Assembly (NCBI GenBank): GCA_951406725.2 | Contig: OX597818.1 | Span: 15,314,001-15,378,000 of the forward strand | DNA: 64,000 bases | DNA from: Octopus vulgaris | Taxonomy: Eukaryota | Reading direction: 5' to 3' | In this document: positions 29,201-44,423 of the stretch, one piece after another | Layout: each line of letters begins with the position of its first letter | Position numbering within the stretch: the stretch's first letter is position 1 | Translations under genes and position numbers: made by a program | The notes under the pieces: generated by a model | Database searches by the model: none | Told to the model about the DNA's origin: nothing | Seen by the model: only the letters and a program-made list of their open reading frames with translations

Positions 29201-30169
29201 TACAATAGATACCGTGAAAACTTCCCGTTCAGAGAATTTTGCTCAAATACTGGCTGAATCGTCTCAAAACTTTCACTATTCATCACGCGTTCATCAATAC
29301 ACTATGCCCAGAAAAAGAAAGGGCAACAACCTGTCCCGAAAAAAATCTCCTTTCACAAAAGATCACTGGGCAAAGACAACAGACGATAATTGAAGAAAAC
29401 AAACAAGGCCCTAGATCTTCTCAGTGTCTCGAAATAAAGCGAAGGAAAATGCAAGAAATCCGTGCAATGGAAATGCAGTGGCTTCATGCAGGCACAACGT
29501 GGATTCGATCCTCGATTACCAAATTTCACTTAACAGTTTCAACAGCACTTTTCTCACGGTAAAACAATAGTTTTTCTGTGATTGACAGCAGTTGCATTTG
29601 CCAGATGCCTTTGCTATGTAGAATAATGTCTTTGCTACTTGACCCTTCTAACCTCTTCTATGTCACCAAAAGTTAGAATAGAGATAACAGGTACGACCAA
29701 CGAAATCTATTGTTCTCAACAATATGTCTATCCTTCTGGATAGTTTTGGATAGTTATAAAAACAAAAAATCCGTAAGCCAAAGTCAGTTAGTGAGGGCGA
29801 CAGTTAGTGTGAACGGACAACTAGTCATGACCACAAGCAGACCGCCACTAGAGACCAAACGGCCAAGGGGAAAAAGAAAGTTACATTCAGCTACTATGCG
29901 AGACAACTTCCCTCGACTCTCTCACTTTCATCAACTCATTTTCTTTTCTCTTAAACATTACCATATCTCTCTATATATATGTACTACTATGAGTCGTGTA
30001 CAGACATACCGGCCAAAATTAACTCTTTTTACTTCGCATACTTTTCCATTTACTAATCATACATACCAACCCGTCGTGGTTTTGGATATATACAAAGTAA
30101 CGATAAATATTTTCTTAAACTTCGATCGCTGGTCATCTTTCACATCTTACAACATGCCGTTGCAATAGA

Positions 30170-31590
30170 TCTTAACCGTTACAATTGGTGACACTCGACT
30201 ACAACGAATACCAACCATTAGAGAAACACCAGAAGAAACAGAGGCACGGAGAACTGCAGATCGGCTGAGGAAACAGGAAACCAGTGCAATGGAAAGACCA
30301 GAAGATTCAGAAGCACGGAGGAGTGCGAATTGGATAAGAACACAGGAAACCCGTGCAATTGAAAGACTAGAAAAAACAGAAGCAGGGAGGAATGTGAATC
30401 GACTGAGAACACAGAAAAGCTGTGCAATGGAAACACCACAAGAAAACAGAAGCACGGAGGAATACTGGTCGGTTGAGGAAACAGGACTCTAGGGAAAATA
30501 TGTCGCTGCCACAAATTTAGCAGTGACAAGCAAACCACCAGGCACGATGGTAAATAGATGGAATGAAGTCATAGATAATCAGGGAAAGTATATTGATGAC
30601 TAAATTTCAATTAAATGTAACATTTGATCACTTTTTTTTATTCAAAATTTAGACAGAACTTATGGGATGACCTGATGCTATGATGTTAATCTATGCAGTT
30701 AAATGTTTGTGAACAAAATTCATGACTACAATAATTTGGCTATGGCTTCACTTGGACTGGATAATTCACCAGTTGGACCAGGGTGGTAGCACTTTTATGC
30801 CTACTTTCAAGATTCAAAGAAGTCTCCTACCAGCAGTAAATAGGAAGCCAGTCTATGCGCAGCTATATTTCGTTGACACTGAAAATGAGATGAGAAACAG
30901 GTTGTCATTCAGAGGAACTGACAATGACTTTAATGAGGACATCCTGCTAGGTTTGCAGAGAGCACTGCATATGCACAATATATATGTCAAAAGTTTTTAA
31001 AAGGCTATTGATATAATTATAGAATACTCTGCACCAGAAAAATGTTCTACCGGTGATTGTTATTATAAAGTCGTGACAAACTGTTTATTCCCGCTGGGTC
31101 ACATGAGAGAACCTATAATCCACCGACTGCATCAGTTGCTGTGATCATAGTGGGAAATGATACCAATAATCCAAACATTAAACCTGTGGATGTTGTTGTG
31201 CAATACAGGGAGAGAAATGGGAAGTTAGGCTACATTAGTCAAATCCACAGAAGCTATGACCCTCTTCATTATGTATTTCTGTTTCCCTATGGGGAAGATG
31301 ACTGGAATGTGCTCTTGAAAGACAATTACCGAAGCAAAAACATCACTGAATGTGATTTTTATTCTTTTCGGCTTTAGGTAAGAAAGGACGAGTTCAATGG
31401 CATAATGAAAAGTAGACGTCTGATGCAACAATATGCAGTAGATCGATATGCAAAGATAGAGCAAGATCGATTACACTTCCCGAGAACTCATCAGAAATAA
31501 CTTGAAGCTGAAAAGTATCAGGGCCTTCTGGATGCTATTGCAAATGGTGATATGAATGACGTAGGGTCTAAAATCATTCTTCCGCCCAGT
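30170..31590 (+). mobile_element. Degenerate Helitron RepHel N-terminal fragment
   Basis: ETPEETEARR-type helical repeats, then PTFKIQ..LLP...PVYAQLYFVD, YNPPTA, HRSYDPLHYVFLFPYGEDDW, FYSFRL, RLMQQYAVDRYAKIEQDRL, KYQGLLDA..VGSKIILPPS; truncated before the Rep catalytic motifs. Confidence 0.9.
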
Positions 31591-33800
31591 GGCCCGGGAA
31601 CGAAATATACTTAAGGGGTGCAAACCCAGGTCAAAATTTTTTACAAACAAGGTGGATTTTTTCCAATCTTGATATCAAAACACACACGCACAAACACACA
31701 CACATACATGCATACATACATATGATATGATTAGTAATAACGTTAAAGAGGAGCTATATCTTTAAGAACTCTTTGCCTTTCTTACTTTGCACTTCACTTT
31801 GTCCCTGTCTCTCCCTTTTTCTCGACACTCCCGGATTCTTCTATCTACACACACACTCTCTCTCTCTCTCTCTCTCTTCTCTCCTCCTTAATTCCTTTGT
31901 TCCTCTTTTTCTCTCTCTTCTCACCCTCCTTAATTCCTTTGTTCCTCTTTTTCTCTCTCTTCTCTTCTCACGTGACCGTTGGCCGACTGCTGGCCTTTTT
32001 GCGTTTGGCAACGGTCGCTCTCACATCGACACTTTTCCTCTGCCGTAAGGCTTCATTCCTAACACGCCAGCTAAATTCAATTCGTCTCCAGTCGAAAGAC
32101 GCCTGTTATGTCCTGCTATCATTATTATTGTTGTTGTTTTTTTGTATTAGTTTTGTATTTATATTCGTGTAACATCGTCCGTTTTTCCGTCCTTGTTTCG
32201 TATACGTTCGAAGCTTTTTTTCAAGGAATCTAATGCACTTAGCTTAGTTTTTTCTTGGGGCTGGCCAGATTGGAGCAATCTCAAGATTAATCAGCCGAAA
32301 TTGCGAGGATGACTGAAGATTAAAGGCTTCCAATGACCCGTCCGTGTATTTTGTATCGTCTTCTGAATGTTTTGCGTTCTTGTCCCATTTTGTATATATA
32401 TATATATAAATATATATATCATCATCATCATCATTATTTAGCGTCCGGTTTCCATGCTGGCATGGGTTACACTGTTTGACTGGATCTAGTAATCCGGAAT
32501 GCTGTAACTAGTTCCAGTCTTATTTATACATACACACATATATAGACACTTGATTTCAGCATTGGTATAAAAGATTGTGGTCAGTGGTGTCATTGGCAAT
32601 AATTACTGAAGACTGCCGTCTGGTACAATATTGAAACAAGACGAATCACACATCAAATCACACGCACACGCGTGCACAGGCGCGCGCGCGTGTTTATGTA
32701 CTTTTATCCTTTTAATGATAGTACTACACTCATGCTGGAGCACCGCCTTAATTTATTTTCTATTAGTTTTGCTGTTGCTTTTTGACGGAGGGTGGTCTAT
32801 GATTCAGTTTTATAGCAGCTGATCTCCCATATACAGATAATTGGACGGGTAGTCATTTGTTGTATAAAAAAGTTTTTAGTGGTATCGAGGAGAGCGTTCG
32901 TATCCCTCCTCTTCAATTGCTTAGTTCCAGGCTGGATATAACCCTTCATACCGGATACGATTAGTAAAATTAAAGACCCCTGTTAAAAGCACATTGGTCC
33001 GTGTGCTGGCCTCAGCTAGAGTTAGACTTATGAGCGATAAAGCACCTCTGAAATGATCTTCGTGGTTAACCGCGTCAGGATGACGATAGGTAATGCTTAC
33101 AATATTATTTTCTTTTTATATAGATTAGTCTGAAATTGTCGAAAACTGTTCTTGAGGGAACTTCGCAAATTAGGTAATTTCGGGGTTGGCCTGCAATCAC
33201 TTACAGTTAAATGTTTCCTTTCAAAGTCTTTTTTTTTTTTAATAAACTGGACTAATATTTCGAATGAGCATTAAATATCAAAGCATTTAACAATGAGCAC
33301 TAAATATCAAAGATAAAAAGAAATCATTTTGTTCCCTTGTAAAAACCGATATCACTGAAAGAACTTTAAAAGGGTTTTTATTTTTAGGCTTATGTCAAAC
33401 GGTCGAATCCATTCAACCATGTCATCCGTCTTTAGCGATATCAGTTACAAAGAACTTGAGACCTTCACACATTTTCTTTCATCTTGTTGTTGCTGCTGCT
33501 GTTGTTGTTGTCACATAATTTTATTTTGACGCTACTTTGCTGCAGAAGTTGGTAGTCATAAATTCCCTTGGGAGTTTTAAGCCCAGCTTCATTACTTTTA
33601 TTTATTTATTTATTTTTGCTCTTTGTTGTTGTTTTGAAGCGAAATCTAACTTCAACTAATTTCCAGCATCTTAATTTTTTAGACACTGTTTCTTGAAACT
33701 GGTAAAATTATGTTGGGGGTGCAAATTTTGATCTTGCACCACCTGAAAATTCCAGGGGGTGCAGGTGCACCCACTGCACACCCTGTTCCAGGGTCCTTGC

Positions 33801-33845
<45 letters not shown>

Positions 33846-34087
33846 CGGGAAGCTTTATGAAAATAGACAAAAGACGAAGGCAGGTTTACGGAAATAAACA
33901 AAAGACGAAGGCAGGTGGAATACAAACAAACAATTGTATTAGTATGGCGCTCAGGAAATATAAATAAAACAAGTCTTTAACGTTTCGAGCCTACGCTCTT
34001 CAACAGAAAGATACACAGAGAAAAAACACAGAAAGAAGGAGAGGAAAAAAATTTTTTCGTGCAGAAGCTAGCGAATCAACATGGCGA

Positions 34088-34199
<112 letters not shown>

Positions 34200-34245
34200 A
34201 AAGAAAGAGAGCTACCAAAGTAGACAGACAGACAGATACATAGAC

Positions 34246-34314
<69 letters not shown>

Positions 34315-34935
34315 CGTGTGTTTGTGTGCGCGTGTATGCGTGTTTCTTTGCATCAGTTCGATATTGTGACTGTGAGCAACGTATCTTTGTGCGCTGTTTT
34401 GTTCTATTTCCTATATATCTTCAGCATTTCTTCGTGTTGCTTTATTTCTGGTGTGTCTTCAGCATATACTTGCAAGTGTTATAGAGATGCTTGCAACCAA
34501 TTTCTATCCTAATATTTTTGTCTTTATAGTATGTAGTATGTGTAAGTTTGTTTGTAAAGTGATGCTCTGTGATGATTTTTTTTTTTACTAAGAACGGGGA
34601 CAGAGGATGTGGCACGTGTTACTGAACGTCGCTTGTTTTTTGAGGTCATCAGTCTAATTGCTTGACGTTGACGTTCGGGATTTGTGTTACTGTGTCTAAG
34701 GAGTGGTGGAAAGAAATGGCGGTGATGTCATCTGTTTATAAGCGTGTACGAACAGGCGCAGGCATGTTTATCCATATGGTAAATAGTTTGCTACACAACC
34801 GCATGGTTCCAGGTCCAGTCCTAGTGCGTGGTACTGTGGGTAAGAGACTTCTACTATAACCCCAGGCCCATCAAAGTCTTCCGAGTGGATTTGAAAGACG
34901 GAATCTTAAAGAAGCCTGTCGTCGTATCTACTTTT

Positions 34936-35158
34936 AAGGCAGCGAGCTGGCAGAAACGTTAGCACGCCGGGCAAAATGCGTAGCCGTATTTCGTCTGTCG
35001 TTACGTTGTGAGTTCAAATTCCGCCGAGGTCGACTCTGCCTTTCATCCTTTCGGGGTCGATAAATTAAGTACCAGTTACGCACTGGGGTCGATGTAATCG
35101 ACTTAATACCTTTGTTTGTCCCCTCTATGTTTAGCCCCTTGTGGGTAATAAAGAAATA
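34936..35158 (+). mobile_element. tRNA-derived SINE, family B
   Basis: Near-consensus copy. Confidence 0.9.
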
Positions 35159-35213
35159 CGTCGTATCTACTTTAACATTTTACTTGTTTCCATCATTAGA
35201 TTGCGGCCACAGT

Positions 35214-35365
<152 letters not shown>

Positions 35366-35469
35366 CAAATTAATAATAAAAGGGTAAAATTAATTAATTA
35401 ATTTATCAATCAATTAATCAGTAATTTTACCAAGTAGATCGGTACTTTAAAATAACCTTTATAGGTAAA

Positions 35470-35675
35470 ATTATACACATATTCTATAATTATAAACATA
35501 ATTATAGTTAGGGGTCAGCAAATTGCTTCACCACTATATATATATATATATATATAATTACTACGATGATCCGGTTCTTGACTGAAGACTGAGGGCTTCG
35601 AATGTCCTGTCTGTGTTTGTTGTATCGTCTTCTAAGTTTTTATGCGTTCTTGTCTCAGTTTGTATTTTTCTACAT

Positions 35676-35719
<44 letters not shown>

Positions 35720-35866
35720 CATATACAAATATTCTATAATTATAAACATAATTATAGTTAGGGGTCAGCAAATTGCTTCACCACTATATATATATATATA
35801 TATACATATACAAATATTCTATAATTATAAACATAATTATAGTTAGGGGTCAGCAAATTGCTTCAC

Positions 35867-35927
<61 letters not shown>

Positions 35928-35990
35928 CATATACAAATATTCTATAATTATAAACATAATTATAGTTAGGGGTCAGCTAATTGCTTCAGC
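35470..35990. repeat. Four copies of a ~65-bp unit separated by variable (TA)n
   Basis: ATATTCTATAATTATAAACATAATTATAGTTAGGGGTCAGCAAATTGCTTCA recurs near 35480, 35728, 35813 and 35937; the block is bracketed by a ~35-bp inverted repeat (35361 / 36121-36157). Confidence 0.85.
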
Positions 35991-36559
35991 ACATACCTAA
36001 TTTAGAAATAGGAGTTAAAAATTCCTCTTCTACAACTGTAAGAATCTCCCAGACAGAAACACACTTTTTACGTAGGCAAAAAGAAAAATAATGAATCAAC
36101 ACGACTCCGAATTGACTGATAAATTAATTTTACCCTTTTATTATTAATTTGAAATTATAATTTACTCCCTGATCGAATACTGCAGTTTTCTGCGTTATCG
36201 TTCGTAACATGCACGTGGGTACAAAGGATAAATATGTAAGATTGTGGTTTCGACTCTCGGCCCGGGCGTTGCGTTGTGTTCTTGAACAAAACACCTCACT
36301 TCACATTGTTCCAGTCCACTTAGCTGTAGAAATGAGTTTAGCCTGGAGAGAGATGGGCTCCACCAGGCTTTCTCGCCCTTGATATGCTGCCTAGCTGCAG
36401 CACTGCAACGACCTCCAAGGGGTTAAGGGACTTGACAATTATCAAAAGTTTTACACCCATAAAGCATCCTTGCCTTGATATAACTACTGTTCAGATATTT
36501 GATAAATGGAATGGGTTAGAGCCATATTTTGGATGGAACATATTTGGCATTTTGTGTTT

Positions 36560-37200
36560 CAGGTTTCGTTGCTTCTTTGTGTTTTCTCTCCCTTTTGGTG
36601 GTGGTGAAAAGGCTGAGCGACTATCTGTGCATCAGCATTTCCCTGGGGCTTGGCTTCCAGATCTATGACCCCCGTTACTATTGCTGTGTAATTCTCTGTA
36701 GATTCGTTCATGCCATCATAGTGCTGGCCCCCTTCCACACCATGCTACCCTTAACAAAATCATAAAGCATGGCCTAGACATCTCAGGCAGCCCTTCCCAG
36801 CTCAAGCCAGTGGGGCTAAACTAAGGGGACGGTAAAAGGCCAGACAGTATGACAATTTTCCTGTTCTGTAACCGTAGGCTTCCTCATCTGGAATGCTACA
36901 TGCTGTGATACCTTCTCTAGTGGCAACTTAGTGTGGTCAGCTACCAGCCCAGGCCTCGCTGTCAGGATGAGAAAAGCAAACTGTCAAGGTATCGGTCAAT
37001 CTCTGACAGGTTTATGATCAAGCCTGTAGCTGTGGAGATCTCTAATCTTCTCAGCCCCCAAACCATATCCCTGCTCATTGCAATGCTATCAGGGCAGAGA
37101 AGGCTATTTGCAAATGCGAGTTCTGTGAGTCAGAGTGACTGTTCCAGCGCATCTCCCTCACTATCCTCCAGGGCAATACCTTTCTATTTTATCTGCTGGG
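36560..37200 (+). mobile_element. Degenerate CRE-like non-LTR retrotransposon 3' fragment (restriction-like endonuclease)
   Basis: PSQLKPVGLN*GDGKRPDSMTIF..LIWNATCCDTF..KLSRY...FMIKPVAVE..QRISL..QGN matches the EP.GL...DGKRPDG...WDAT..DT pattern. Confidence 0.65.
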
Positions 37201-37367
37201 GCCATGAGGTAATCCAACTTACATGAAATTGTACGTTCCATTCTTTAAATACTTAAATTCAAGTCTAATGGATCAAAGCCACCAGGCTCCTGCCATGCAT
37301 TCAAACATGAAAAAAAATTTAAAAACAACACAACCAACCACACAAAATTTTCTGAATTGTTGAACTA

Positions 37368-37578
37368 CAAGGAGGTGCTGAAAAATTCCTGGCTTTAAAG
37401 ATATTGCGAAAGGTCTGCTTGGAGGCCCAAAAATTCTTTTACAGGGCTTAGAAAAACTGAAGGACCATTGTAATACATGTGTTGATCTGAGAGGGGAATA
37501 TATTGGATAAAATCATAATTAACTGATCCTCCTGTATTTTCTTTTACCCATAGCTAGGAACTTTTCAGCATGCCTTTG
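37368..37578. mobile_element. Mariner-type MITE
   Basis: Imperfect TIRs CAAGGAGGTGCTGAAAAATTCCTGGCT / AGCTAGGAACTTTTCAGCATGCCTTTG. Confidence 0.6.
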
Positions 37579-37960
37579 TGTTTTCGTTTTTGAAAAGTGC
37601 TTAATAGAAGCGGTTTACCAGCTGTGCTATTTCATTATTTCATCTTTTATCTGAAGTAGGAGTTTCATGATACCTCTCCGGGATGAGTTCCAGGATCATT
37701 ACTTACTTGGTGTAGTGTTTTACAGATTATTTTTTGTGGTTTTTGTGGTTTTTGACGGATGCAACTATTTTCCTAATTATTCTATTGTTTCATTTCTTGC
37801 TGCTGATTCTTTATTTCTGTTGTATGTGAATTATTTTCGAAGCAGCATTTGGTTTTTTATCAAGCTGGTTATTTCAGCTATGTAAGGGAGATTTTAATTT
37901 TTCATATTTCTCTGTGGGGTCTGGATTTTGAGAGTATCTATAATTATTTTGTTTTATGTA

Positions 37961-38007
<47 letters not shown>

Positions 38008-38100
38008 CGTTTATGTATGAGAAAGAGAAAACGGAGAAATTGACATATAGACATCAGTTTATTAGAACATATTCAATTCCAAACAAAAACAAACTCATAG

Positions 38101-38199
38101 CACCTACAATTGTTTCCATGCCCAATTAATTGAATTTGAGAAATTAAATTGAATTAAAGTTTCATATTGAATATAGCTAATTGGATATTTCATCAGGGG
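38101..38199 (-). ncRNA. Hammerhead ribozyme motif (PLE-type)
   Basis: Minus strand CCC-CTGATGA-AATATCCAATT...AATTGGGCATG-GAAA-CAATTG-TA-GG; ACAATTGT palindrome; short stem I. Confidence 0.6.
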
Positions 38200-41100
38200 A
38201 AGAATTTGATAGAAAGGAGCTACGTTCCAATGTATTGGTAATCTAACCCTAATCCTAAAACTCTAACCCTAACCCCAACCCTAACCTGAAAACCCTAATC
38301 CTAAAACCCTAACCTGAAAACCCTAACCCTGACACCCTAACCCTAAAGTAGAAAAATTTTTGGAAAAATTTTTCAGAATCATAATCTCCGTATTTTCCCG
38401 CATATTTTGGGGGAAAAAAATTCTGAAAAAAGTTTAAAATGAAGAATTGGTGTGGGGGTGGGGGTGGGGGATTTCAGAATGCCGATTTTTGCCAATTTTT
38501 TTTGCAGATTTGTATTCTCTGTAGCCGAAAACGGGGGTCTGTGTAGAAAAAAATTAAATATAAAAAGGGGTATTTTGAGGGTGGGTACAAAAGAAGTCTT
38601 GTCAATCCATTTGTGAGCGTGCGTATGTAAAGTGTTGAACAACAAAAATAGTCGTTAGTTCGCTTAGATGATATTTCTATACGATTACTTTAACTAGAAA
38701 CTAAAAACATTGTTTTTAATTTACATTATTACTTATGATTGATCGAAATGTCAGTAAAGTATTTAATTACTTAAGAAATTTGTTATAAGTCACCCTGTTG
38801 CAATCTCTAGTAATTATAGTTAAATAATAAATTATATTTATAATTTCTTAATTAAAACCATAGCTGTGTATGTGTAATATTTTCTATGTATTTGTGCATG
38901 TGTGTGTGTTAATGTGTTGAAAGCTACGAAATGATGACGTATCGAGTTGCTTACTATTTACCATAGCTGAATATTACATCATCAACATTTGTACACAATA
39001 TGTTTAGTTATATAATAGTAAGAACAGATACAAATGATCTTAATTAAGGAAAGCCTTAATGTTAACAAATCAAAATAATAAAAATTAAAATCATTATCAA
39101 ATTAATACGTAGTATCTTTAACTTAATATTTTACCTATTATGTTTTTAAAATAATAATGATCACAAATTCCCGAGACACGTGCAGACATACAAGGGGCAA
39201 AAATCATGTACTGTCATCAGATCAGCTGCCTGGTAGATGTGAATGTCTCACCAATAATTGGGGGAAAAGATAAACATCTATCAAGAATTAAAGAAAGGAT
39301 TGTACCTAGAAAGTACCCCTTTGAGGCACAAGTTTGGGAAAGCTGTTTGTGAAAGGCCAGCATATCAGTCTCCCATCTTCATGCCACCAATGTTGTCCAA
39401 AAGAAAGCCAAAGGCCAATACAACTTGGCACCAGCGACATGGAAACTCATTTCTACAGCTGAGTGAACTATTCTATAGGTACATTTAATCTGGTGCATGT
39501 TTTCAGTCCTGGGACCTCTGGGTTGTTTCACAAATTTCATTCTATACCAGTATTTCTCAACCAATTTTTTTTTTTACTTGTGGACACCCTTTGATTCCTA
39601 TTTTATTTGGATGGATCCTTACTGCCATTTGATGTTTAAAAAAATCCCATTATACTTTTATAATGAAATATTATTCGGAATCATACAAAATTAGTTATTG
39701 AAATATTTTGTGAATTGTAGAAGTATATCCAATTTATTGCAGATAAATTTTAACAACAAAATCTTATATGGACCCCCAAGGGCCATTTGGAACCCTAGGG
39801 CCATATCGACCCTCCAACGGCCATATGGATCCCAGGTGAGAACCACTGCTCTACAACTAATCAAATGAATTGGACTGAATGAGAGTCAGGAGAACCCAGC
39901 TATCATAGGCTTTCATACAAATCTGTTATGTAGCCCTGTGCACCTCTGATAACAAGAACAAATGAAAAAAAGTATACATACAGCCTTAATATAAGAGCAG
40001 TATATTTTTTTTTAATTCTTGATAGATGTTTATCTTTTCCCCCAATTATTGGTGAGACATTCACATCTACCAGGCAGCTGATCTGATGACAGTACATGAT
40101 TTTTTCCCCTTGTATGTCTGCACATGTGTAAGCATGAAAACAATGATGAGACACAATTGTATGTGCCAGTTCTATAATACCCTTCTTTCTCTTCCATCCC
40201 CTCTTTTTCTTCTTCCCCTCCCTATCTCATTATCCTTCATGTTAGTTACATGTAAATACTCTTTCATACATCTATTTTCACTCACAGAGTGATTGTGTAT
40301 GCAACCATATGCATTTTACTCACATTTTTATTGAAGCAGGCATATACACATGCACCACACACACACACACACACATGCTCTTACACAGACAAATATTCTA
40401 CTAGAAGTAGTAACCAAATCTCCCACATATCACACTTCTACTATTTGAAAAAAAAATTAAGTTGGTAGGTACAAATGTCCTAAATTGTCTGAAAAGAATA
40501 ATTTAAAAAAACAGGATGGTCACAGCTGAAATGACTTTGATCGTGTGTTTACTCATTCTGTAGTGACTCAGGAAGAACTGAGGATAGGGAAACACAACAA
40601 CAACAACAGGAACAAGAACAGCAACAGCAGTAGCAGCAAGAAACATACATACACAACAAATGAAATGAATATTTTACATGTGACTATACACATCCTACTC
40701 AGGAAGCCATGTGATAATTTCATTTAAATCTAAATTTCTATTCTAAAATTCATTAGTTCTAGGAAAAACTATTTTCCTGCGATTTTCCACACATCCTTTC
40801 CTCCCCCACCCCTCTCCCCTCTCTTTTACCTGTCTATTTATCTATCTATTTATCTATTTCTGTGCATATAAGATAAATATATACAAAAGTATATATAACA
40901 ACGATACTAGCATTAAGCTTTAACACACTATCTTAAAGATAGCCAAAGAGTAGTTTGTGTTATGAGACAGTTGAGGAAGGCTAAATTTTTGCTTGTTCTA
41001 TCTGTCATGTTTTATTATTTGTATCCTTGACGTTTTGTTTATACTAAATGTAGTGATGATGTTCTCCCATCTCTACACTTCTTTCTCTGTCTATGTCATG

Positions 41101-41436
41101 CCAGCACCCTTACAACATTGGTGGCATGAAGATGGGAGACTGATATGCTGGCCTTTCACAAAAAGCTTTCCCAAACTTGTGCCTCAAAGGGGTACTTTCT
41201 AGGTACAATCCTATGGTCATTCGTGAGTGAAGGGGATTTTGCCATTTATGGTCGCTGTCAGTATTTATGTATACAATTATGTGCATTGACTGCAGCATCA
41301 GAGTACTTTAGCTCTTATTTCTAGTATTGTAGGTGTTCTAACACCCTCAGTCATATTTAATAAAATTATTGTTTTCCTTTATGGTGATACATTGCTAAAC
41401 CACTGCCTAATTCAATATATATATATATATATATAT

Positions 41437-41860
<424 letters not shown>

Positions 41861-42751
41861 TACATACATATATATATATATATTTCTTTATTTGTGAATT
41901 AAGGCTACCATTGGTTTCATGTTAAGAAACATAGGGGATCTACTTGGTTTGGCAGCCAGCATTTCAAAAATTAAAGTTTATCAAAATAGAAAAATATCCT
42001 AGTGTCTTAACCAATTTTTCAAGCCAATCACATGGAGAAAGGTATTCACCTCCATTTTGGAAAACTGTCTCATTTTGTTCACAGGGTTTCTCATAAATAA
42101 AATAATGAATCAATGAATCAAGGGACATCATGAGCCTATATATCTGTGATACGAGCCTGTATGTCTGTTCACACTATATGAAAACAATCATATCGTGTAC
42201 AAATATTGATGATGTAATATTCAACTATGGTCATTTGTTAGCAGTTTTGATACGACATCCTCTAGTAACCTTCAACACATTAACACACATGCGTACAAAT
42301 AGGCAATGTAGATATTACATATACATAACTATGGTTTTTAAAATAAAAAATTATAGCAATAATAATTTATTATTTAACTATAATTTATAGACTACAACTG
42401 GATAAGTTACAATTAATTTTCTTAAGTGATTAAATACTTTAATGACATTTTGATTTATCATAAGTTATAGTGTCATTTAGGAATAATGTTTTTTTAAGCT
42501 TCTAGTTTAAAGTAATCATATCAAAATATCATTTAAGCTAACTAAGAGATATTTTGTTTTTGTTTTTCAACACGTTACACATACATGCACACAAATGCAT
42601 TAAACAAGTTAGCATTTACATAACTAACATTTTTTTTAAAAAATACATTGGTTGTTGAAACACACATATTTGATTGAGTCTATCAAATTCTTCCCCTGAT
42701 GAAATACCTAATTAATGATATCCAATATGAAAATTTAATTTAATTTCTTAA

Positions 42752-42956
42752 CCCTTTTGTAACTGGCTCTGGCTCTGAGTACAAATGTCTTGTTTTCATA
42801 AGTTTTGAATTAAAATCTTCCACCAAACCTTAGTCACAATTTATGTTCCTAACACTAACTGAATGGTAGCTAAGTTATTTTACTAAATTCTTTGTTATAT
42901 TTAAAATAATTGAAAGAAATACAGAGCATCTCAAAATAAATACAGTGACGAAAGGG
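42752..42956. mobile_element. piggyBac-like MITE
   Basis: TTAA|CCCTTT...AAAGGG|TTAA; opposite-orientation copy at 43937-44145. Confidence 0.8.
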
Positions 42957-43936
42957 TTAAACTGATTCAGGTGAAATTGAGTTTGATATTGTTCAGAATT
43001 GTATTATGTTCTAATAAATGGTTGTCCATATGTCAGTTTCTCCATTTTCCTTTACTCATATATATATACATACAACAGGTATTGTTCAGTTTCTGTCTGC
43101 CAAATCTATTCACAAGGCTTTGGTCAGCCTGAGGCAATAGTAGAACACATTTGCCCAAGGTTCCACACAGTGGGACTGAACCCAGAGCCATGTGATTAGG
43201 AAGCAAGCTTCGTACCACACAGCCATGCTAAATGTTTAGTATTTTATTATCAAGCATTAAAGGACAAGAGTGGGATCCTCTGGGAGCCTTTGATATAATC
43301 TTGGCAGCATGTTTTTGTAAAGTATGAAGTTTATTTAATTTTAATTTCTTGACACTACCCCAAGCTAGGTTACTTTATATTAAATATGGATTAACAAAAG
43401 AAAAATACTACATTTTCATTGCTCTGTTGTCCAAAAACTTAAGTCCCCTACAGATTATTCCAAGTTGTGTCCATATTTTGGATTCTGTTGTTAGAATGTG
43501 CAATTTCCAATTCATATTTTCATCAGTAAGGATTCCTAGAAACTTTATATATATAGACCTTTTGAATTCTTTTGAGTTAAAGTGAAGTTTTGGGGGTTGT
43601 AAAGAAATGTGCTTGTGTGTGTGAATGACTGTATGTTTTTGTATCCTGCCTTGAGCATTGAATGATAGTTGTAAATAATTGTATTATCTGCTTGGTGACA
43701 AGAAGGGCATCCAGTCATAAAAATCCACCTCAAATAAACTCGCCCAACCCATGCATGGAAAAAAAAAGGATATTGATCCTGTGGCATTTAAACCAGCCTT
43801 ATCCAGTCAAAACATTCTCTCTGTTTTATGTACAAACTAGTCGTGTCTGACCTCTCACACCAATCCTACAATATCATTCTAGAAATTAACAGTTACCTCA
43901 TCAAAATCTCAAAGCTACAAAATAATGCATGGTTAA

Positions 43937-44145
43937 CCCCTTTGTTACTGTATTTATTTTGAGATGCTCTGTGTTTCTTTCAATTTATTTAAATATAACA
44001 AAGAATTTAGTAAAATAACTTAGTTATCATTTAGGAACATAAATTGTGATAAGCTTCGGTGGAAGATTTTAATTCAAAACTTATGAAAACAAGACATTTG
44101 TACTCAGAGCCAGAGCCAGTTTCAGCCAGGCTGGTAACGAAAAGG
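43937..44145. mobile_element. piggyBac-like MITE, second copy nested in another TTAA-ended element (~43790-44213)
   Basis: TTAA flanks; reverse complement of 42752-42956. Confidence 0.75.
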
Positions 44146-44365
44146 TTAATTAAAAGCAATGTGAATAAATAAGCATTGCATTTGGTAGAATAATCAGAAT
44201 GCTAAAGGGTTAAATGAGGATGTGAAGGAGTAATAAATATTATTAAACTGAATCTCTAGAATCTATAATTCTATTAAATGTAATTATCAAAGGATAAAAT
44301 TTACTGTTGCAAATGCCATTTAGTCAATTAGATTAATCACTCATCTATTTATTCTTCTATTGCAG

Positions 44366-44423
44366 ATGATGTTGCAACAAGGCATTATATTATTGCTTTT
44401 CACAGTTATTTCTTATTCGAGCG
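44366..44423 (+). CDS. Signal-peptide exon of an Ig-superfamily gene
   Basis: Pyrimidine tract plus TGCAG acceptor immediately followed by ATG; encodes MMLQQGIILLLFTVISYSS; G|GTAAGT phase-1 donor compatible with the Ig exons; not in the ORF track. Confidence 0.8.

Noticed and set aside
35470-35990. CRISPR-like repeat-spacer look
   Set aside because: Eukaryotic context, spacers are (TA)n, the repeat is too long, and there are no cas genes.
38240-38346. Interstitial telomere (CCCTAA)n
   Set aside because: Short, degenerate and embedded in a dispersed repeat also present at 28855-28875.
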